The notes under the pieces were generated by a model. That model ran no database searches. It was not told where the DNA came from and saw nothing but the letters and a program-made list of their open reading frames with translations. A stretch of DNA of 11,921 nucleotides from a virus (lineage: Duplodnaviria > Heunggongvirae > Uroviricota > Caudoviricetes), in IMG/VR virus record IMGVR_UViG_2606217106_000005, positions 1 to 11,921 of that record; one strand, given 5' to 3'. The translations under genes and the position numbers were made by a program. Positions 6,882 through 11,921 of this stretch are shown piece after piece (positions within the stretch are counted from its first letter, which is position 1; each line of letters begins with the position of its first letter).

Positions 6882-7952
6882 ATGGCTAACGCCTGGCTCA
6901 GATTATGGCATGACATGCCAAATGACCCTAAGTGGCGAACAATTGCCAGGGTGTCAGGGCAGCCAATTGCAACAGTGATGGCAGTGTATATCCACCTCCT
7001 GGTGAGCGCGTCACGAAATGTCACGCGAGGTCACATTGATGTCACGACAGAAGATTTGGCAAGTGCGCTCGACGTGACAGAAGAGGTAATTGATTCAATT
7101 TTGCAGACGATGCAGGGGCGGGTACTTGATGGTGATTTAATCACTGGATGGGAAAAACGCCAGGTGCTTAAAGAGGACAACGGCAATATTTCGCAAACCG
7201 CAAAATCTCCTGCAGAGCGCAAGAGGGCGCAGCGAGAGAGGGAAAGAAAGCGGGAACAAAATGGCGATTGTCACGGCGCGTCACGAAATGTCACGCACAT
7301 GTCACGACGAGTCACGACAGATAAAGATACAGATAAAGATACAGATCAAGAAGATCAAAACACTATGGTCCATGGCGTAAAAAACGCCACGAACCAGGCA
7401 GGGGATGTTCAGACCGTCAATCTTGGTCAGCCAGCAGGCACGACACCGGAAGCCGATTCAGCGTATGCGCTGAAAGCCGATTCGGGCGCTGTGCAGCAGG
7501 TGATGACCGCAAGGCCGGAGCAATCACACCAACTGCAGCAGCCCGAAGCCGATTCCGCCATTCAGCGGGAAGCCGATCGGGTAGTCCCGGAAAACACCGG
7601 GCAGTCTGTGGGACGAGTGGATTATCCGGATGTGTTCGAACAGGTCTGGCGGGAGTACCCGTTGCGTGCTGGGGCAAACCCGAAGAAATCCGCTTTCAGT
7701 GCCTGGAAGGCCAGATTACGCGAGGGGGTGCCACCAGAGGCCATGCTGGATGGCGTGAGGCGTTACGCAAGATACTTGGCGGCTACCGGGAAAACGGGAA
7801 CGGAATTTGTTCAGCGAGCGACGACGTTTTTTGGACCGGACCGGAATTTTGAAAACCCCTGGTTGCTCCCGGTAAGCGGCACGAACAACCAGCGTTGTGT
7901 TAATCATATTTCTGAACCGGACACCGAAATTCCGCCGGGATTCAGAGGGTAA
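6882..7952 (+). CDS. Phage replication initiation protein (replisome organizer, O-like) containing the putative origin
   Basis: ATG at 6882 with GAGG SD. N-terminus AWLRLWHDMPNDPKWRTIARVSGQPIATVMAVYIHLL resembles phage replisome-organizer N-domains. C-terminal FEQVWREYPLRAGANPKKSAFSAWKAR...WLLP resembles the conserved C-domain of phage replication proteins. Iteron clusters lie inside the gene. Confidence 0.75.
   Translation: MANAWLRLWHDMPNDPKWRTIARVSGQPIATVMAVYIHLLVSASRNVTRGHIDVTTEDLASALDVTEEVIDSILQTMQGRVLDGDLITGWEKRQVLKEDNGNISQTAKSPAERKRAQRERERKREQNGDCHGASRNVTHMSRRVTTDKDTDKDTDQEDQNTMVHGVKNATNQAGDVQTVNLGQPAGTTPEADSAYALKADSGAVQQVMTARPEQSHQLQQPEADSAIQREADRVVPENTGQSVGRVDYPDVFEQVWREYPLRAGANPKKSAFSAWKARLREGVPPEAMLDGVRRYARYLAATGKTGTEFVQRATTFFGPDRNFENPWLLPVSGTNNQRCVNHISEPDTEIPPGFRG
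7006..7050 (+). repeat. Iteron cluster 1: four TCAC(G) repeats at one-helical-turn spacing
   Basis: TCACG at 7011, 7021, 7042 and TCACA at 7031; inverted copy CGTGAC at 7073-7078; a 21-bp block GCGCGTCACGAAATGTCACGC is repeated exactly at 7276-7296. Confidence 0.6.
7271..7342 (+). repeat. Iteron cluster 2 (five TCACG repeats) followed by a 12-bp tandem duplication AGATAAAGATAC x2
   Basis: TCACG at 7271, 7281, 7291, 7302, 7312 (spacing 10-11 bp); tandem 12-mers at 7319-7330 and 7331-7342, then degenerate AGATCAAG copies; A/T-rich flank consistent with a DNA-unwinding element. Confidence 0.6.
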
Positions 7953-7989
7953 CAGATTTCAGGTCATGGGGTAATTTTCAGGAGGGCTT

Positions 7990-8412
7990 GTGGCAAAAGT
8001 TTTTACACAAGAAGAGCGGGAAAAAATTAAAGGGCAGGTTGTTGAACTCGTACGCCAGAGTGGGCGCGAGACGTTACGACAACTGGAAACTAAAACTGGG
8101 GCAACAAGATATCTGATGAGCGTTCTGGCCAGAGAGCTGGTTGCCAGTGGCGATGTATACAATTCTGGCTACGGGTTATTCCCGTCTGAACAGGCTCGTA
8201 AAGACTGGCAAAATGCCCGCAAAAAACTCTCAAGGGCAAAGCTGAAGAAACCATCTGCGGTTGATCCGGACCTTATCTGGTCATTACCAGATGGCGAAAT
8301 ACGCCGCTACGACAGGCGTCTGAACATAATCTGTCTCGAGTGCCGGAAGAGCGAAGTTATGCAGCGCGTACTGGCGTTTTATCAGGGGAATTTTGAGGAG
8401 GTGGTGCGGTGA
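7990..8412 (+). CDS. Hypothetical protein (140 aa), first gene of a translationally coupled trio
   Basis: GTG start with GGAGGG SD (7981-7986); stop overlaps the next start (GTGA). Confidence 0.55.
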   Translation: MAKVFTQEEREKIKGQVVELVRQSGRETLRQLETKTGATRYLMSVLARELVASGDVYNSGYGLFPSEQARKDWQNARKKLSRAKLKKPSAVDPDLIWSLPDGEIRRYDRRLNIICLECRKSEVMQRVLAFYQGNFEEVVR

Positions 8413-8663
8413 GTGAATCAAAATGCCAGGTTAATGGCAACAAGATAGAACCATGTGCAGCACTGGCAAAGTCCCTTGAGCATGATGCTGAATACACGAT
8501 GCGAAAAGGTCTGCTGATATACAAAATCTGGAATGAGAGTTTAACTCGCGGTCCTGATTTTGTGATGTTGCGTTCCGGTGAATTTTCTAAATTACCAGTT
8601 CGGGTTTCATTTTGTCCGTTCTGTGGTGAAAGTCTGAAAACGTGGGAGAACAGAAATGAATGA
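8409..8663 (+). CDS. Hypothetical small Cys4 protein (84 aa), possible zinc ribbon
   Basis: GTG start after GAGGAGG; cysteines in CQVNGNKIEPC and CPFCGES suggest a metal-binding ribbon; overlaps both neighbours. Confidence 0.5.
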   Translation: MSESKCQVNGNKIEPCAALAKSLEHDAEYTMRKGLLIYKIWNESLTRGPDFVMLRSGEFSKLPVRVSFCPFCGESLKTWENRNE

Positions 8664-8967
8664 AATTAAAGAAATACCAGTAGTACGTGATGAATATGGC
8701 TGCTGGACGCATCCTGAATATGAAAAATTCTGTGACGGTCGGGAATATATTTCAACGGAAGAGTTTAACGCCTGGATGGAGGAAAATAATCTTCAATACG
8801 TCCTCTGCTTCAGAGATGAAGGATGTGCTGACCTTGATGCGTGTGATGCTGATATTTCTGCATGGGAACCGGAACGACCAGAGGGCAATGGATGGTTTAT
8901 TGGTTCAATACATGACACCGAAGATGGCCCGGTTTGTGTATGGCTGAGAAATAAGGCCGAAGCATAA
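8656..8967 (+). CDS. Hypothetical acidic Cys-rich protein (103 aa)
   Basis: ATG overlapping the upstream stop (ATGAATGA); GGGAGA SD; six cysteines; no family recognised. Confidence 0.55.
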   Translation: MNEIKEIPVVRDEYGCWTHPEYEKFCDGREYISTEEFNAWMEENNLQYVLCFRDEGCADLDACDADISAWEPERPEGNGWFIGSIHDTEDGPVCVWLRNKAEA

Positions 8968-9272
8968 AGGCTATAAACCGACTAACAACTAAATACTGAA
9001 GATTTAAATCAGAAACGATTTTTATTAAATCCTTAACCGGAGGGATTCTGCACCCTCAGAACATCAGGAGGCCGTCTGAAAGGGCGGAACAGATAATGCT
9101 TACGTTGAAACATTTTATCGACATACCAACATGGTTAGCCGTCATTGCTTTTGTTAAAATACACATCCACTTTTCTGTGCAATGTTTAACCACTGGTCAT
9201 ATCAAATGGCATTCATGCGAACCATGATATAGAATCATGGCTTGAGAGAGTCGATGAAAGCGCAACTATGGT

Positions 9273-9851
9273 ATGAGAGACATTGATGTAAGAAAGGCTG
9301 TGCATGCCAAGATTCTGAGAGATCATCATAAAGATCCTGACACCCTAATCATTGATGAGTTTACGATGAATCTAGGGGCTAGCAGAGCTGATATAGCAGT
9401 GATCAATGGGCTTATACATGGTTATGAGTTGAAGAGCAAGAGTGATAACTTGCTCAGATTACCAGCGCAGGTGCAACATTACTCATCAGTGATGGATAAA
9501 GTAACTTTGGTTGTCTCTGATTGCCATCTTTATGATGCTTTAAGCATAGTTCCATCATGGTGGGGGATAAAGCAAGTTACGCAAGGTGCACGGCAAGGTA
9601 TCCATTTAAAAACAATTCGAACTAGCAAGTTGAATCCACAAGTGGACAAACTTTCCTTAACAATGCTTCTTTGGAAAGATGAATTGCTTTCCCTATTAAG
9701 TGATGTAGGGGAGCTACAGAATTTGAAAAATAAACCTAAACGCGTCTTATGGTCAAAACTCGCCAATAGTATGGATGTTGGCGAGCTTCGTGAAGCTGTT
9801 CGAGTTAAACTTAAAGCCCGTAAAGAGTGGCGAGTTGCTCAACAACCTTAG
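9273..9851 (+). CDS. PD-(D/E)XK-type nuclease-fold protein (192 aa), sce7726-like by recollection
   Basis: Motif arrangement IIDEF (E29) ... RADIAVING (D40) ... GYELKSK (E52-x-K54) matches the restriction-endonuclease-like core. Putative extended -10 (TGaTATAGA, 9225-9233) upstream. Confidence 0.7.
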   Translation: MRDIDVRKAVHAKILRDHHKDPDTLIIDEFTMNLGASRADIAVINGLIHGYELKSKSDNLLRLPAQVQHYSSVMDKVTLVVSDCHLYDALSIVPSWWGIKQVTQGARQGIHLKTIRTSKLNPQVDKLSLTMLLWKDELLSLLSDVGELQNLKNKPKRVLWSKLANSMDVGELREAVRVKLKARKEWRVAQQP

Positions 9852-10908
9852 TTATGTGATGGTTTTGCCCAATCCTACGCCATACCTCTGGGCTACCAAA
9901 TTTATAGTTACCAGAGGGATTGGCTTTGTAGGCTTGATACTCGTTTGCATAATATTCTATGTCTCTATCTCCCGCACAGAATGTAGGCCCTGAATATTCT
10001 CGATGAGCAAGAATATCCTCACTATGTTTACCATATTGTTCATAACCAAAGCGATTAGCTACTCTTCCTCGAAATACCCAAAAGTCATTATCTCCAGAGT
10101 ATCTGACGCTGGCAGATACGCTAGGGAATCGCGTCGAAAGCCTATTAAAGTCGGGGTGCTGTACTCCATAATCACTATAAATCACATTTCTGGCAAGTTC
10201 TTTTCTATTCATTAAACTCTGCCATAAAATCCACTCGATTCGAGGTTGAGAATATAGACCAACAGAAATATCACTGAGATCTGTAGGAAATGAACCCCCA
10301 GAAAGAATCACTTTTCTGTATTCATTGAGGTGCGCCAGATTGTTTATCAATCCCATTGCCAAAGTATATAGTTCGCCGGAATTAATTTTATCCTCGGTTA
10401 ACTCATCTCTTAAGTCAATAATTATATCAATATTTGATAAAGGAATTCCCAGATGATTAATGTAATGCGTTATTAATTGTGGGTTAACCAGATCTAACGT
10501 GGTTAATCTCAAGCATATTTCATTCTGCATTAATTCATCAATCGCTCTTTTATAGTTAGATGGGCGAGTTGGTGAACTGACAGGAATAACTCTTATCCCC
10601 ATATCTCTAACTTGATTAACCGCATTTATTATAGGGTAATGATCTTCAGGAGAAATAAAATGCTCTTCAATTAATAATCCATCAATATAAACACCTTGCA
10701 TATCTGAGCAAGATTTTGAGACTTTCTTTCCGAACTCTATAAGAGTCTCGTTATAACTCTTTAAGGCAATACCTGAATCAGGGTCAATTGGCACTGGTTC
10801 AATTTCGAGTAATGGCAAAATTTTTGATTTCTTTTCAATGGATAGCTGCGATAAAGCTGATAACTCAGAACGTTTCGCTTTCAGAATAGGAATATATGAA
10901 ATTGTCAT
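9811..10908 (-). CDS. Beta-protein / sce7725-like family protein (365 aa), function unknown
   Basis: Long ORF with AAGG SD 8 nt upstream of ATG. N-terminal MTISYIPILKAKRSELSAL matches my memory of the conserved start of this family. No Walker or other catalytic motifs recognised. 3' end overlaps the convergent 192-aa gene by 41 bp. Confidence 0.7.
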   Translation of the reverse strand: MTISYIPILKAKRSELSALSQLSIEKKSKILPLLEIEPVPIDPDSGIALKSYNETLIEFGKKVSKSCSDMQGVYIDGLLIEEHFISPEDHYPIINAVNQVRDMGIRVIPVSSPTRPSNYKRAIDELMQNEICLRLTTLDLVNPQLITHYINHLGIPLSNIDIIIDLRDELTEDKINSGELYTLAMGLINNLAHLNEYRKVILSGGSFPTDLSDISVGLYSQPRIEWILWQSLMNRKELARNVIYSDYGVQHPDFNRLSTRFPSVSASVRYSGDNDFWVFRGRVANRFGYEQYGKHSEDILAHREYSGPTFCAGDRDIEYYANEYQAYKANPSGNYKFGSPEVWRRIGQNHHITKVVEQLATLYGL

Positions 10909-11339
10909 GTTAATACCTTATACAGAATCAATTAACAATTAATGGTTCTTCGGACATTGAAATTTATATCGCAAAAATTGGCAAACTCTCCTCGACTACT
11001 CACTTGTGGGTATCCTGGCGTAAAAGGAATGACTTGGCAATACCCGGTGTGATCATAAGTCATTGAAAATGATCATTTTTATCAGTCTTTCTTCCATGAT
11101 GAATGCTAATGCCATTTGATTTGTTGAGGTGAAAACTGTTAAAAATCAAAACGATGTAATTGAAATGAACGTTCGGTAGCATTCACGCTTTAAATGTTTC
11201 TTTTGTGCTGATTGGATGAATTTGGGTCACTTCTGATGAGAGATGTTGCAGGAAAAGAAGTTGGCATTGATCTATTGGATAGTTAGAATTACTGCGGGTG
11301 CTTGAGGCTATCTGCCTCAGGCATGAACACCAAAAGGCA

Positions 11340-11420
11340 GATAGAGAAAAGCCCCAGTTAACATTACGCGTCCGGCAAGACGCTTAACATTAATCTGAGG
11401 CCAATTTCATGCTTTGCACA
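11340..11420 (-). ncRNA. Candidate Sok-like antisense RNA of the hok locus (approximate)
   Basis: Inferred only from the canonical hok/sok organisation (antisense RNA opposite the hok mRNA leader/mok start); no clear promoter or terminator could be pinned down by eye. Confidence 0.25.
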
Positions 11421-11465
11421 TGTAGGTTAGCCTCTTACGTGCCGAAAGGCAAGGAGAAGCAGGCT

Positions 11466-11621
11466 ATGAAGCAGCAAAAGGCGATGTTAATCGCCCTGAT
11501 CGTCATCTGTTTAACCGTCATAGTGACGGCACTGGTAACGAGGAAAGACCTCTGCGAGGTACGAATCCGAACCGGCCAGACGGAGGTCGCTGTCTTCACA
11601 GCTTACGAACCTGAGGAGTAA
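11466..11621 (+). CDS. hokD: Hok-family type I toxin (HokD/RelF-like), 51 aa
   Basis: Translation MKQQKAMLIALIVICLTVIVTALVTRKDLCEVRIRTGQTEVAVFTAYEPEE has the Hok signature (single TM helix, LTRK..LCE.R) and matches my recollection of E. coli RelF/HokD. GGAG SD; in-frame upstream ATG at 11409 gives a 70-aa mok-like extension. A 9-bp inverted repeat (11308-11316 / 11336-11344) lies in the leader. Confidence 0.85.
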   Translation: MKQQKAMLIALIVICLTVIVTALVTRKDLCEVRIRTGQTEVAVFTAYEPEE

Positions 11622-11921
11622 GAGACCAGGCGGGGGAGAATCCCATAAGCGCTAACTTAAGGGTTGAACCATCTGAAGAATGCGACGCCTCGGTGCCTCG
11701 TTAAGACGATGCCTCGCGTTCTTCAATTGCGTTTTGTAGGCTGTCAGGGATACTGTCCCACGAATGGCCACCTGTAAGCTCCAGATGACCATTTTTGTTA
11801 TTCTCCACAACGAGTTAGTTCTTCTTTTCGGATCCGGCACTTCTGGGGGGGGAATCCAGCGATGGCTGGATTATGTCGTCAATTAAAAATGCGGCGAGTA
11901 GATTAGCAAATATCCACGCTT

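Larger units (their letters stand above)
8970..11200. other. AT-rich accessory cargo island inside the prophage
   Basis: Composition drop: 13 G+C in the 60 bases 10381-10440 versus 38 G+C in 7441-7500. Carries two convergent genes unrelated to the lambdoid core. Confidence 0.7.
1..11921. mobile_element. Segment of a lambdoid (Rac-like) prophage: integration, recombination, immunity and replication modules plus accessory cargo
   Basis: Gene order int-xis-exonuclease-small early-left genes-repressor-cro-like-replication initiator, with outward-facing promoters/operators flanking the repressor. Integrase at the left edge suggests the prophage-host junction lies at or just left of position 1. 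Confidence 0.85.

Noticed and set aside
7006-7342. Possible CRISPR array suggested by regularly spaced repeats
   Set aside because: Repeat unit is only 5-6 bp with 10-bp phasing, lies in frame inside a coding gene, and has no CRISPR-like 25-40 bp repeats with unique spacers; iterons are the better explanation.
6392-7907. Minus-strand ORFs (6392..6640, 6673..6870, 6821..7024, 7031..7222, 7417..7677, 7716..7907)
   Set aside because: All are antisense to the rightward ydaT-like and replication genes, which have SDs and coupling; no independent support.
8687-8947. 86-aa alternate-frame plus ORF overlapping the 103-aa gene
   Set aside because: The overlapping 8656..8967 frame has an SD and translational coupling; this frame does not.
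9530-10215. ORFs 9530..9766 (-), 9775..9993 (+) and 10003..10215 (+)
   Set aside because: Each is antisense to one of the two long cargo genes; AT-rich DNA yields such ORFs by chance.
11652-11840. 62-aa minus-strand ORF downstream of hok
   Set aside because: GTG start without a convincing SD, overlaps the probable hok mRNA 3' structured region; no recognisable family.
11873-11921. ORF beginning MSSIKNAASRLANIHA at the window edge
   Set aside because: Only 16 codons are visible, too little to call a CDS; noted only as the target of the upstream G-tract/hairpin.

Overview
This window looks like the left arm of a lambdoid (Rac-like) prophage from an enterobacterium, probably Escherichia coli, with an AT-rich accessory insert near the right end. 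All identifications come from reading the sequence and from remembered protein families; no database search was run. On the minus strand, right to left, lie a repressor gene (racR-like, 5477..5953), a first early-left gene, two translationally coupled small genes, a large exonuclease gene with a C-terminal DEDDh 3'-5' exonuclease domain, a lambda-type xis and a lambda-type tyrosine integrase at the left edge. The repressor gene is flanked by mirror-image promoter/operator cassettes, each with a TTGACA -35 box and three TTAGGC-N3-GCCTAA-type sites. Rightward follow ydaS-like and ydaT-like genes, a replisome-organizer-type replication gene with two internal clusters of phased TCACG iterons, and three translationally coupled small genes. 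Positions ~8970-11200 are strongly AT-rich and carry two convergent genes: a 192-aa protein with a PD-(D/E)XK nuclease motif and a 365-aa protein I recall as Beta-protein/sce7725-like. This pair is the best candidate for an uncharacterised phage-defence or abortive-infection module. A hok-family type I toxin gene (HokD/RelF-like) sits at the right end. No tRNA, rRNA or CRISPR array was found, and the att core could not be defined from one prophage end.
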